A stretch of DNA of 64,000 bases. Origin: Octopus sinensis. Taxonomy: Eukaryota. The stretch spans positions 41,974,001 through 42,038,000 of the forward strand of contig NC_043010.1 in NCBI RefSeq assembly GCF_006345805.1, in the 5' to 3' direction. Every line of letters begins with the position of its first letter. Position 1 is the first letter of the stretch. A program made the translations under genes and the position numbers. The notes below the pieces were generated by a model. It was not told the origin of the DNA. It searched no databases and saw only the letters and a program-made list of their open reading frames with translations. Below are positions 26,908 through 39,659 of the stretch, piece after piece.

Positions 26908-27152
26908 GGCTGACAGGGAGACTTAGGTTCTTTAGCCCTCGGTGACGGAGTAATGGGTCACTGATGAAGATTGATGAAGATTGATTAAACTTGAAATCAA
27001 CGCTGATATGATTCCATCTCGCTTGTCGTAGCGAGGTAGCGTGTCTCCCTTGTCAGCCGTAATAAAATTGCTCTTACCTGGATAAGAGTTGTTTTGACAC
27101 TTATTTATAGAAACGCTGGTGCTTACCATCACTCTCCGTCACTATAGTGACG
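26908..27152 (+). ncRNA. Highly structured unit with a type I hammerhead (core 26955-27014), retrozyme-like
   Basis: GGGTCA-CTGATGA..CTT-GAAA-TCA(ACGC)TGA-TA-TGATTC. GGCTGACAGGGAGAC (26908-22) pairs with GTCTCCCTTGTCAGCC (27043-58). Confidence 0.65.
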
Positions 27153-27229
27153 ACTAAACTCGTTACCTATCGGTTCTAAATTGCGAATAGTTACCTGGTG
27201 ACGTGAAATAGGTTCTTTATAAAAATGTC

Positions 27230-27800
27230 AAGCACCGAAGACATTAGGATCACCTAAGGCGTTGTTACCTGTTTGGTGGGATATGTAAGTTTTAATCCAC
27301 TTTGAACTTTTAAACCCAAACCGAACGATAACAAAGGAGAACTACTGCGAGCAGCTAGAGCGGCTTAAGTCAGCGCAAGAAGAAAAACGACCATCTTTAG
27401 TTTCAAGTTGAAAGGCGTTCTTCCATCAGGATAATGCTTAGCCACATACAGCTAGGATGATATTCCAATGACTGGAGCAGTTTGAATGGGAAACGATGAT
27501 TCACCCGCCATATTCGCTGGATATTGCCTCATCTGATTATTATTTGTTCCGCAGCCTTTAAAGTCATTAGGACAGAAAAATATGAATCCTGTAGATGAGG
27601 TCAGAACAGTACTGGGGGAGTATTTTTCGTTATGGACAAATGAATTTTGGAAGAGGAACCTTACAAGTCTACCAGATAGATAGAAGAGCATTGGAGAAAA
27701 TGAAGGAGAGTATATTTTAGATTGAAAAAGAACTCTGTTTATCTTAATTTTGAAAATAAAAGAAGTATTTAAAAAAACCGCATTATTTATGGTATGACCC
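27230..27800 (+). mobile_element. Mariner 3' fragment
   Basis: PKALLPVWWDM, YCEQLERLK, FHQDNA*PH, WETMIHPPYSLDIASSDYYLFRSL, ending in a TIR-like GCATTATTTATGGTATGACC. Confidence 0.85.
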
Positions 27801-27858
27801 ACTATATATATATATGTGTGTATGTATGTGTGTGTGTTAGTGCGTGTGTGTGTAAGTA

Positions 27859-27952
<94 letters not shown>

Positions 27953-27953
<1 letters not shown>

Positions 27954-28060
27954 CGAGGTGGTACCAAAGGGTTCCCGGACTAGTTATATTTAATAAAAAA
28001 ATTACTTATTTACTTAAGTTTTAACATCATTTCCTTTGAAATAGTCCTCCTGGAGCAGTT
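27953..28060. mobile_element. Isolated mariner terminus of the same family as 35293-36743
   Basis: TACGAGGTGGTACCAAAGGGTTCCCGGACTAG..TAAGTTTTAACATCAT matches 35293-35380. Confidence 0.7.
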
Positions 28061-28230
28061 GGCGTTAGGAAGGGCATCCAGACGTAGAAAAGAAACCATG
28101 CCAAATCAGACTGGAACCTGGTGCAGCACTGCAACTTATCAGCTCCAGTCAAACCGTCTAACTCTTGCCAACATGGAGAGTGGACGTTAAATGATGATGA
28201 TGATGATGATGAGGATGATGATGATGATGC
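28058..28230 (+). mobile_element. LINE/SINE 3' end with (GAT)n tail
   Basis: GTTGGCGTTAGGAAGGGCATCCAG...GGACGTTAAATGATGATG, recalled as an RTE/Rex-type tail. Confidence 0.6.
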
Positions 28231-28767
28231 GCCTTGACAAAGCTTAGTACACGCCAGCAAATGGATTTTTGATAGTTACATATAAGAACGGCCGTTCTTT
28301 GTGGGCTGTGAACGACCAAATTGATGTCTATAATTGATGGAGCATAACCACGACGCTATGACATTTTCTTAGTGTTTGTTGATGTCACTTGCAGCCAATT
28401 TGTGCTTATCTATACATGAACTATAAGAAGAATTCATCAACCGAGGCGAAACTTTTCTTACATTTAAGCATGTTAAATCTACGCAGCTTCTTTTAATCTT
28501 CACTGCTAATTGTACCTTCACTAAATACACACATACGCGTGCACACACACGTGTGCATGTGCGAGTATACATGCATATATTTTTATATTTATACATACTT
28601 ATACATCCACATATGTAAACATATAAATATATATATGCACACGTGTACACGTGTATATAAGTGTATGTGAGAGATTGTGTCTATGTGCGTGCATCTATGT
28701 GTGTGTGAGTATGTGTGTGTGAGTATGTGTGTGTGTGAGTATGTGTGTGAGTATGTGTGTGTGTGTA

Positions 28768-28804
<37 letters not shown>

Positions 28805-28980
28805 TTATCAATTATCTCTCGTCATTCTTTGCACTCCACTTCTTTCATCACTGTTCCTCTCTCTGCTCACTTCCTTCTATAGCGTTTTTCAGAAATTGCG
28901 TGCCCCGCTCGTTTCATTGACGTATAAGCACACACATGTTCACACATATAGACACACGTACACACATAGACACTCGCACG

Positions 28981-29035
<55 letters not shown>

Positions 29036-29254
29036 TCACATACGCACATTAACACAGGCAATCGGTACTTTACCCAATAGCTGAAGCTCTCTTCACACTA
29101 ACTCTTACTATTTAATTCTGACTTACGATATTCCTTAGAGATAACTCAAAAGACTTCCAAGAAAATTATCGTTTGAAGCATCATGAGGGGAAACAAGCAG
29201 TCAGCCAAATATTGAAATATGAACAACTTTTCAATGCCCGAATCATACATACAT

Positions 29255-29405
<151 letters not shown>

Positions 29406-30539
29406 CGTGTATTGGAAGAAGACGTTGTTGCGTGCCTAAAATGCAATACCTAATTATGAAATCATTATTAGTATATTCCCATGGTTAATAGGATGCTATG
29501 AATTCATCTTGAATATCAACACCAAATACATTGTCATTTAAGATAACGAGCCACTAAAGGACCCTGTACGTGGCCGCTTGAAGTGGTAGAAATAGCAAAG
29601 AAATTTTCTTTCAAAGATACCCTATCGTCTTAAAAAAAGAGAAACTCATTTTGTAATGTTGTCTAGGAGTTTATTGTATAATACACTATATATAAATGGA
29701 TACTGGAATGATCACAGCTCAGATCTTACCTGATGCAACATTTAAGATAATGGTGCATTTTTCCTTTGTCATTGAAATGGATATAAAAAGAACATTCGAT
29801 GCAATAAAAGTGGTCATTTTAAGAACTCTGAATGATGTCGGGTAGATCACATGTTTGTTGAAAGAAAAATTTGGGTGATTTGCATCTTTACATCATTTCT
29901 GGAAACAAATAAACCGGCGCCTTTAAATTAAGATGAGCTATTCTTGGTTGGATCAATAAACCAAATGTGCAAGATTCCTTCTCCTGCAATATACTATCGA
30001 TTATTGTGGGCGTAAACATTATCGATTGGCAATCTTAAGTAACTCAGCCAGCCTTCTTACATGTTCTTACATGTCATTACGTTGTAAACTGTGAAAAGAT
30101 ATATTTATCAAAGATGAACATAGTAATGTAAGGACTTAGTAATGTAAGGATATATCAAGGTTCTTGTTGTTGGTTATCGATATATAAACGACCGGATTAT
30201 AACGAGTTCGTTATCACACAAGGATCACCGCAGTTACTTCTTTCCCATCACATCTTTCTTGCTTTCTTGCTTATAAATTCAATCAAACAGGAACACGAAC
30301 GCGTTTCACTGGCCAAATGAAAGCATGCGTTCTGTAAAGGATCACACTTACTGAAAAAGCAAAATTATTCGAGACGTATATAGGTGTGTGTAGAAATTAA
30401 TCACTCAATCAAGAAGTAAACATATATACATACATGCACACACATACACACACGCACACACATGCATACATACATAAACACACATACATACATACATGCA
30501 TGCAAACATTCAAAACGGCTAGTCACGTATTTGGCGTGA

Positions 30540-31400
30540 GAGACTATTTATCGAAAATACTATGAATAATATCTCCAACTTTGGAGCCACAACTATCAGC
30601 TTTGTTAAATAACTGGTTAATCACGTCTACTCACTCAAGCAACTTCATATATAACATAGCAATCATTAACGAAAAATTGCTTTTTGATCCCAAGTAATTC
30701 CCTATTGTTTAATATATAGTGGAAATTATTTTTGAATTTTACGTAGAAGAAAGTAACCTCAACAATTCTTAACACTAATTCAGTATTTAAAGTAGTAACG
30801 ATACTGATTTTTTTCCCTTTAAACCTTTTCAAACCCAAGAATGTTCTCAATTAGATTTTCCATTTGGATCATGTATTCGTTAAACGTCCTAATCTCATTC
30901 TTCTTAAGCTCAGATTTTGGATCTCTCAATTGTTTGTTATTTTCACATTTTACATTTTTATATCTTTATATGCTATATTCTAGTATATTTTATCATTTTT
31001 TACCTGAACTGTCTCTGTAATCATTTATAAACTCTACAATCTTGATTTTTAAAACCAGTGAAAGCTTTACCGTCTTTACAAATTTTCTTTAGTTATTTTC
31101 CTAAAAACTCTTGTTAAACTGTGAATTTAAAATTTTATACCATTGCTTTTAAATTCAGAAATTAATATTTAAACTTAACTATTTAAACCTTAAATTCTAA
31201 AATGTTATGTGCGTACTTCATCAATGAATTTTTTTTAGAAATCTTTATAAATTTCTCCTTAATTTTTGATTTTTATTTCTCTCAAATATTTAAAATTTTC
31301 AGTTTTTTTTAATCCTCTAAAATTTTAATTATAAGCTTCCATTCTAATTTTTTTATTATTATTTTATCTATAAGATATCTTCATTCTTCATACTCTCAAC
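30540..31400 (-). mobile_element. Possible very decayed Penelope-like RT remnant
   Basis: FYVKFKNNFHY..GSKSNFSLMIAMLYMKLLE weakly resembles the PLE NYFKFNNKFY..MGS..ANLYMG.LE motif; lies next to an HHR-bearing end. Confidence 0.3.
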
Positions 31401-31819
31401 TAGATACGAATATGAACCGCTGATTGCAATGCTTTTTGTCAACAGAGAACACCTCTTCCTTTCTATTCACAATACTTGCGATTCACTAATTCACCTGTGT
31501 AAGGGGACTTTGAGATACTGCGGTGTTTCGTGCATTTGCGTATTCTCAGCCCAAACTACTCCGCCAGATTGGTTTTGGTATTGTCCTTTCCCTCCATTTC
31601 TCTGGGGTATTCCCCACGCGACGTTTTCATTTTCCATTTGTTTAATCTTTGTTCTCCATCTTGTTTCTTAAATGTTTTAGGGTGTATCAAATTTTCATTG
31701 GCTGCTGTTATTTCTAACAGCAGCAAGCAAACGTAAGGGTACTTATTTGTACTCATGATTTTTGCTTCGGCTTTTTTTCCATGAGCGCATGTAAGTATTT
31801 CATTTATTTCTATTCGTAT

Positions 31820-31881
31820 TTTCTACTGACGAGGAAAAAATCTATTATAAGATTAATTCCGAAATTGATTCAATATAGAAA
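31820..31881 (+). ncRNA. Type I hammerhead ribozyme motif with fully intact core and helices
   Basis: TTTCTA-CTGACGA-GGAA..TTCC-GAAA-TTG(ATT)CAA-TA-TAGAAA. Stem I 6 bp, stem II 4 bp plus AATCT/AGATT, stem III 4 bp, AUA site after 31875. Confidence 0.85.
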
Positions 31882-32134
31882 TAACGAACATTTAAAAAAA
31901 AATTCTGTTGGCTAGCTTTCCTCGATTTCAGCACAACGTATTTCTGTAGTGGGTATATAATATGTGGAAATTGGCGATTTAAAAGTCTGTTATCAGCATA
32001 TTGGCATAGAAATAATTTTCTTTTGCCCTTGTTTATAAGGTGTTTATAATTTTAACCTTAAAGGTATTTTTGTATGCTGCCACTTTTCTTGATGAATTTT
32101 TTTCTGTAAAAAGCTTCATCCTATATTAGTAGTA

Positions 32135-32335
32135 TATAGATAGATAGATAGGTAGATAGATAGATAGGTAGGTAGATAGATAGATAGGTAGGTAGATAGA
32201 TAGATAGATAGACTGACATACATACATACAGACAGACAGACAGATAGATAGATAGATAGATAGATATATAGATAGATAGATATATAGATAGATAGATAGA
32301 TAGATAGGTAGATAGATAGATAGACAGACAGACAG
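32135..32335. repeat. (TAGA/CAGA)n tetranucleotide microsatellite
   Basis: Direct reading. Similar tracts at 46300-46440 (TATG) and 51890-52370 (CATA, TATC/TGTC). Confidence 0.95.
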
Positions 32336-32394
32336 AGATGGGGGAGAGAACACAAAATAAATCAGCATGATTTTAGATCAGAAACTTGACGCAG

Positions 32395-32730
32395 ATTATT
32401 ATTCAAATTCCTCCATGGTAGACTTTGCCTTTCATCCTTTCGGGGTCGATTAAATAAGTACCAGTTACGCACTGGGGCCTATATAATCGACTTAATCCGT
32501 GTGTCTCTCCTTGTTTGTTCTCTCTGTGTTCAGCCCCTTGTGGGTAGTAAAGAAATAGGCATTTCGTCCGTCTTTACGTTCTGAGTTCAAATGCCACCGA
32601 GGTCGATTTTGCCTTTCATCCTTTCGGGGTCGATAAAATAAGTACCAGTTGAACACTGGGGTCGATCTAATTGACTCATATCCTTCCCCAAAATTGCTGC
32701 CCTTGTGGCAAAAATGTGAAACCATTATTA
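32395..32730 (+). mobile_element. Two tandem tRNA-SINE copies
   Basis: Two GACTTTGCCTTTCATCCTTTCGGGGTCGAT cores carrying the two alternative tails. Confidence 0.85.
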
Positions 32731-32799
32731 TTGTTGTTGTCGTCATCGTCGTTGTTGCTGCCGCTGCTGTTGTTGTTATTTCATATAGGCCTAAACAGA

Positions 32800-34020
32800 T
32801 CAAACTGTTGAAAAGAAAAATTCCTTACATCTGGCTACAACAAGTAACATTAGATGCCAAGAACCTTCCTAAATATCCTAGCTGTCCTTAATAACACTGT
32901 TTCCTGTAGCTGCACTAAACTAGATTTTATGCCTATTACCTCTATACACCTGTTCAAATCTTTATGGTTAGTTTCTAATGCATCTAGAATTACAGCGATG
33001 CATTTTACCTACTCTTTCCATGACCTCTGTAACTTATATTGACTTTCTCATCATTTGGGACTGTAAAGTCAATTACATGGCACTTTCTATTCTCTTTGTC
33101 AGGCGTTCTAGCTTCTATTACTCTGTCACTCTATAGTTAAAATCTCACATTATCTTATATTTCTTACTTTCGAACACTTTACTAGGTTCACAGATTATTT
33201 TCCCAAGTTTGTTATATCTTTCTTTCTTTGTATTCTTTCTGTGCCAGCATACTACATTCACTTACTATATGAGTAACACTTTCCTCCTTTGATTTATATA
33301 ACCTACATAGAGAATCTACCTCGTTTTTGTCTGTCTTGGCTTTTATTCAATTAGTCCTCAATGTTTGATCTTTTGCTGCAAATAACAAACTTTCTGTACC
33401 CCTTTTCAGCCTTCCTTTCTGCAACTATAACCATGTCTCACTATTACTATTCCCGGCTACAGTCTTTGGTAATTACCATGCAAAGCCTTCTCTTGCCAGT
33501 CAGATAGTCCTCTACCTCGTTTCTTGTTAGTCAGAGGTACTTTTTGGGTTGTATGCGCTTTGCATTGTGAACAACTTTTAGGTTTTTCTACCCAAATTCT
33601 GTGGCTCGACCATTGTCCTTTCCAGGAAGGAAGCCGGGTATCTTAATACTGACATAGCCCATATATTTAATGCTTTAAGGATATTCCGTCAATTTTATTT
33701 CGAACACTCTCCCAATTCTCCTCTTGTAATCTTCAGAGATTTCCCTCAATTTTCTTCATCCATTATCCTATTGTCTTGCAGCACTGGTTGGTATTTGTAT
33801 TCCTAATTATTCCACAGCAATCTCGTGATATTGTCTTGTGGTAGTTTTATTCCATCAAAATTTATCTTCTGGCCTCTCCTCATAATTAGTACTGCGCACA
33901 CTTATTTAGCCAAACTACATTTCAATATCCATACCGATTGTTTAGGTCAGAGGATCCAGGTCTTTCTGACTTTGTGTATATAGCTTGAGGTCATCCACAA
34001 ATCAGGTGATTTATTTGCAC
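32800..34020 (-). mobile_element. Internally deleted R4/Dong-like LINE (RT fragment plus RLE C-terminus)
   Basis: INHL..FVDDLKLYT (~33975-34010), FGLNKCA, and the C-terminal IEVIGIKSSLVQLQETVLLRTARIFRKVLGI*. Confidence 0.85.
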
Positions 34021-34416
34021 ATTGATTTTGGTAAATTGTTGTTGTCGTCGTGGCTCCTGCTATTTCTAATATTATTTTTATCGTTTTCCATTGTTTTTAT
34101 TAATGGCTTTGGTATGATAACTGGTATTAAAATTGATATTATTTGTGTTCTTTTCTGTTTCTCCCAATACAAACAATGCTAAATGCCTTTTCAGCATATT
34201 ATATATAATAGCAAAGTTTGATAATTATCTGATGAAATGCCACACCTCAATGTTTAACCACGGGCAAACTTATACAAGTCTCTATCTTACATAATAATTT
34301 AGATGTAATGTACTACGAAAAACTGTTACCAATGTTAAACTTATCAATATCTGTATCTTCTTCCTTTTCATAAATATATGTGTGTATGTGTGTGTTACTG
34401 TGTATTTGTGTGTGTG

Positions 34417-34479
<63 letters not shown>

Positions 34480-35292
34480 AAATATACAGACATTTTCTAA
34501 ATACTCATCAGAAGAGAGTTCCTTTGAAATAAACGTTATAAAGCCAAGCACGATGGAAAATCAGGCAAACTGGTACTTACTCAATAATTTTAGTTTTATG
34601 AAGGATAGAAGCTCTAAATTCTGTTTTCTGATTCAAACCATACCTGTTTTGGGTCGAAGTTCTTTTATTCTCCGCAAAACAAATTTAACACCACATTTTT
34701 TTTCATCTGAATTTACCAGTCCTCTATGGTTGTGCTTTACAGTCAAGCAAGTGATTTCGAATGAGTCGCTTCTCATAATCGTATATATGTGAATCTATAT
34801 GCTGTGCATGTTTGCGCGTAAGTGAATATATAAGAATGTAATTAAGGTATATCCATTTATTTTGTTAGTGATGACTAGAAGTTCCTCAAGTATGTTGTAG
34901 TTTATCGGAATATAAGTCCTGTGAACAGCAATTCTAGTCCTGTGGTAGCAATAAAATGTGATTTATTGGGTTGTCAAGCTAATACTTCACATTTACTACT
35001 TACTTCATCTCTTTGGGATTGTTCACGATTTAAACTTACGGAATCTCAACAACCTACAGAAATTTTTTCGTGCCAATTGTATTCAGGTTCACTTTTGTCA
35101 GTCATTAAAGGAACCGTTTTAGCTTTCACGGTATAATGCGGAAGTAGTCTTCTAAAAAGTCGCTTTCAACGAAGGTCTCGTTAATTACAGTCGAAAGTTA
35201 TGCCATTCTGCCCGTACTTATGACACATCTCACATATCCCTTTCTTACACGTGACCTATAAATATTTTAAGCATGGCTCACGTTAATATAAA

Positions 35293-36743
35293 CGTAGTGG
35301 TATCAAAAGGTTCCCGGACTAGCCATGTTATATATATAAAAAATATCTTACCTAAGTTTTAACATCATCTCCTTCGAAATAGTTACCTTGCGTAGCAATA
35401 CATTGGTCCCACATTTGGAATCCAACCTGGAAGACGATTTCCGTAAGCGAGTCGAGGACCTTTTGCGATACGTCCTGAATCTCGGCAACAGTGTTTTTGG
35501 CGAGAAACTCTCGACTGAGGAGATGTCGGTGATAGGGTACATTGTCATCGTGAAGAATCCAATATTCACGCTCCTCACATCAGGTCGCTCTCGCCAAATG
35601 TCCTCCCCCAAACGCTTCAAAACGTCGATGTTGCTCTTTAGACACGAGACAATTCCAATCAACCAGACGTACGATAAAAGGTATCCCAGCCAAGTGCAGT
35701 CTCGGACTACGTTATGCATTTTTGGAGAAACGGCTGCTATATCTAGCGCGTAGAATGACAAAATAGAGACATTTTCATTGAATAGCTTCTTTTCTTCTTC
35801 TTCTTCTTCTTCTTCTTCTTCTTCTTCTCCTTCTCCTTCTTCTTCTTCTTCTCCTTCTCCTTCTTCTTCTTCTTCTTCTCCTCCTTCTCCTTCTTCTTCT
35901 TCTTCTTCTTCTTCTCCTCCTTCTTCTTCTTCTTCTCTTCTTCTCCTTCTCCTTCTTCTTCTTCTTCTTCTTCTCTTCCTTCCTTCTTCTTCTTCTTCTT
36001 CTCCTCCTTCTTTTCTTCTTTTCTTCCTCCTCCTTCTCCTTCTTCTTCTTTTCTTCTTCTCTTCTTCTTCTCTTCTTCTTCTCCTTCTTCTTCTTCTTCT
36101 TCTTCTCTCCTTCTCTCTTCTTCTTCTTCTTCTTTTCTTCTTCTCCTTCTCTTCTTCTTCTTCTTCTCTTCTTCTCCTTCTCCTTCTTCCTTCTTCTTCT
36201 TCTTCTTCTTCTTCGCCTCCTTCTCCTTCTTCTTCTTCTTCTTCTTCTTCTTCTTCTTCTTCTTCTTCTTTTCTTCTTCTTTTTCTACTTCTTCTGGCAC
36301 TGAGGGAAGAATTCTCGATGCACAATGCCACATTGTTGACGCTCGGGGTTGACGCTCGGGGCAGGTTTCCCAGATCGCTTATCATCATCCAGGAACGTTC
36401 TTCCACTTTTGAAACGCCCATGCCACTCGAAATATTGCGTAGACCCGTTGCCTCTACGCCGTAAGCTTGCCGAAGTATACTCAATGTCTCTGTAGCAGAC
36501 GTCCTGAATTTAAAGCAAAATTTCATGTTGGCTCTTTCTTCCTCTCCATGATAAGGTCGCAGACTACTGCATGCATGTAATGACAAAACACAAATTTCAC
36601 AACTTGCGAAGTAAACACTGCGATGCCATTCGGCTCACTGTCTCATGAAGGTCACTGCTAGCTTTCATTGCGCACGCAGTCGTGTGCTGCCATTTGTTGG
36701 CACGCTACTGGAATAGTGCTGAATATTTTGACATCACCTCGTA
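35293..36743 (-). mobile_element. Internally deleted mariner interrupted by a 157-bp element and (CTT)n
   Basis: ERANMKFCFKF..SATETLSILRQAYG, DVLKRLGEDIWRERPD, LHHDNVP. Imperfect TIRs CGTAGTGGTATCAAAA (35293) and TTTTGACATCACCTCGTA (36743). Confidence 0.85.
35630..36295 (+). mobile_element. 157-bp unclassified element with a ~510-bp (CTT)n tail, copy 1
   Basis: 35630-35786 matches the reverse complement of 39936-40092 with 7 differences by hand count. Confidence 0.7.
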
Positions 36744-37672
36744 GCTTAGTTTTTAATACACGCTCACTTAATTACAGACTTCAGAGAAGAAATGAAAATT
36801 ATGTATATTACTGTTGATTTAACGTTATTAAAACATTGTCAAAAATACTTCGTTTTCAACTTGCCATTTGCAATTTCATAGCATTCAAGCCATGGTGCAA
36901 CTAAAGATACTTTGACCGCGTATTCTTTATTATAAGCTTACAACACAGTTCATGTTATACAGCAAAGGTGTGTTTCGACTCGAAATTCCAATTAAAGTTA
37001 TTTTTTGAGCAGTGCCATTGATTGCAAAAGTTATCAAAGTAAGTAAGCTTGTGAGGTTAGATGGTAACATCACAATAGTTACCCTATCAGATCTTAGACA
37101 ATCCTGTATTCCTTGCTCTCAGTTCCATATTGTCTCCACTTACCTGTTACTTCTACTAAGCCTCTTACAGTATGAGCATCTTATTAACCTCCTCATTTCC
37201 CCCACCAAATACTTATCAATATTGATTCTGCACACCCACCTATTAACATGCAAACGTATTTTTATCTAGAACACAAATTTCTTTTTCATTACTATCGTTA
37301 TTGTCGTTGCTATATCTTCTTATCAGATTAAATAGAATAATTATAGCAACATGGAAATTTTATAATAAATTTCATAAAAAATTTAATATTCTAGCCAATT
37401 TTAAACTTCCGTATCTGCTAATGAAAAAACACATGGTTTAGTATTGCCTCATTAATTTCACTGCTGCGTACTTTAAACTAAATTTGCATAAAATACATGT
37501 ATATTTTTCATTTAAATTTTATTGTTTTCGTGTAAAAATATAATTATACATATGAAGAATCGTTAACATCAGCAACTGTATTGTATGTTTAATGAATATT
37601 TCACTTCTTGATCAAAAATAATTTTCATTTTGAATATCTTGGCAACGGCACTATATATTTATAAATATATTA

Positions 37673-39313
37673 CACTGGAGAACATTATGCTCTCAAAAAG
37701 TTTCTATTGCATCAAGTCTTTGTTAAACAGGAATTCATTTTTTACAAAAAGATGTCAGCTTTGCCATTAAATGCAATACTGAAATAAGAAATCAACACAA
37801 ACTAAATAATACTTTTTATTGTTTAGATACTACATTTCACAAAATGTATAATTACACAACTTATATCAAACTGGAATTTCAGCTACTCAAAGGGTAAACT
37901 TTCTCTTTGCTGCTTTGCGTGAATAACTTGCTTCAACGCAGTTTCTTTGCAGAGACCAGCAGTAGTCAGCCATCATGTTTATGTTCCACCTGCTTTGATA
38001 CCTAGTCCCCATGGTCACGAAGTCTTGGTGAAATCTTTCTCACTGTTTATCACTTATCGCACTATTTTCTGGGAAGTAGTCGAGATGACTGTGCAGGAAA
38101 TGCACTTTTACACTAATGTTGCGGCTCAGTGCTCGAAAACTGGTTAACAAGTTCTTCATAATTTGATGATTTCCTGTTTTCAAGAAAATCAGACACAGCT
38201 GAAGCAACAGTATTGCTTATTTCTTTTTCAACGCCAGGCATGATCTCCAAAATCTTCTCGTCCTGCAATAGCCATCTAATCACACCAATGGCTCGTCAAA
38301 CAAACCAACCTCAATTTTCTCACAAGACAAAGCTGAAAACTTTCTGCTTAAGTGTTTTACACTCTATATGGAGTGTCCAGGATTTATCTTGACCACAGTT
38401 TCAAACCAAAATAAGTAAGGTGAGCTTTCTACACAAAATATGGGATTTTGTTTCGCAGCCTAGGTAAAAATGTAAAATCCAGAAATATAGGAGCAGACGT
38501 CGGAGCTGTTTTTGCATTTTCTTCTCTCACAACTGGTTGCATTTCTGAAATACAAAACATATATTCAAGCCAGTTACCAACCGGGAAAAACATTTTCAAA
38601 ATTGTCAACGGTTATAAAGTAAGCAAATGTAGATTTGTGATTGCAAAGAGCATATATGCTTTGAACTTCTTTCTATAGTTTTTTGACAACGCTTGATAAA
38701 GAGTGACGTTGACTCATGTTACCTCGCAATTAAAACGTTAAGGGCGCATGCAAAATACCAATTTTCATAAGAAATAGTTAAAGATTCAGCAAAACATGTC
38801 TCATCTGATTTGCAATGATAGTCGTACTAAATTAAGCATAGCGTGGGCATATCTACAGATAAATACCACAAATATGGGACATGCATGATGTCAAAACCAC
38901 AGAAATAACAAAACCAATTATTTATTACCATATAATTGTATAAAGAAGATTTCTGTCATCATTATGACATTTAAAATTGGTTAGATAGAAACTAGTGAAA
39001 GTTACTCAAGTTTGATGCTTTATATTTACTGACTTTTGTTTTCCCTTTTGTAGTTACATATACTTTAAATGAAATTGAAAAACTATGTTTTCAAAGATAT
39101 GTCAAGCACCATACATGGGGGTCTGTATTTGATTTAACAAAATCTGTCCTAAGAAACGGTGACAATATTGGGAAATTTGTAAAATGGACATTTGAGTTTG
39201 TGAAAAATCTTGACGTGACAGAACAAAATGGATTTCATTTTTGAAATGAATACCTCCAAATTACTAGGAAACATGTCTCTAACATCAAACATCAAAACCC
39301 TTGTTCCCCAGTG
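37673..39313 (-). mobile_element. Chapaev3-type (CMC) DNA transposon, internally deleted
   Basis: TIRs CACTGGAGAACA / TGTTCCCCAGTG with TTA on both sides. N-terminal RRKCKNSSDVCSYI..YFGLK..QDKSW..C and C-terminal SVKVHFLHSHLDYFPEN..ERFHQD..RYQSRWNINMMADYCWSL. Confidence 0.88.
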
Positions 39314-39514
39314 TTATATATTGTTATGCTCCCTTTTATAATGCAGTTAATATCCTGCTTGGATTACTCCAAGCTAGTTATTCGGAAGTGATTTAGTGAA
39401 GCACGGCTTTCTGGGAAACAAAGAATTGTGTATAAAACAATGTATAGAATGTATTGTCTAAAATACTTTGAAGGAACGGCGCGTACAACGAGAACATTTT
39501 GGTAATAGAGATTT

Positions 39515-39650
39515 AAGCGTGGATTGGCAAAATATTCGAGCGTCGAACGAAATGACTTGTAGAATTTATTTCCGACACTTTACGTCGTTAGCGCGAATCC
39601 CGCTGAGGTCAGCTTTGTGTTTCATCCTTCTGGGATCGATAAAATAATAT
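39515..39650 (+). mobile_element. tRNA-SINE 5' part, truncated next to the (GAA)n tract
   Basis: GCGTGGATTGGCAAAATATTCG head, GAGGTCAGCTTTGTGTTTCATCCTTCTGGGATCGATAAAATAA core. Confidence 0.65.
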
Positions 39651-39659
39651 ATATATGAA

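Noticed and set aside
26961-27010. C/D-box snoRNA reading (TGATGA...CTGA)
   Set aside because: Too short, and the TGATGA belongs to a hammerhead core that explains the helices better.
26942-27152. GTGACG direct repeat as the boundary of a 205-nt circular monomer
   Set aside because: The structured unit extends upstream to 26908, so this 6-nt repeat cannot be trusted as a monomer end.
35348-36586. Longest ORF (412 aa, minus strand)
   Set aside because: It is a chimera of a mariner N-terminus, off-frame mariner sequence, a stop-free (GAA)n tract and the 157-bp insert, not a gene.
37130-37250. Perfect minus-strand donor CAG/GTAAGT at ~37140 and a strong acceptor at ~18120
   Set aside because: These are isolated splice-like motifs with no recognisable peptide or partner site, as expected by chance in 64 kb.
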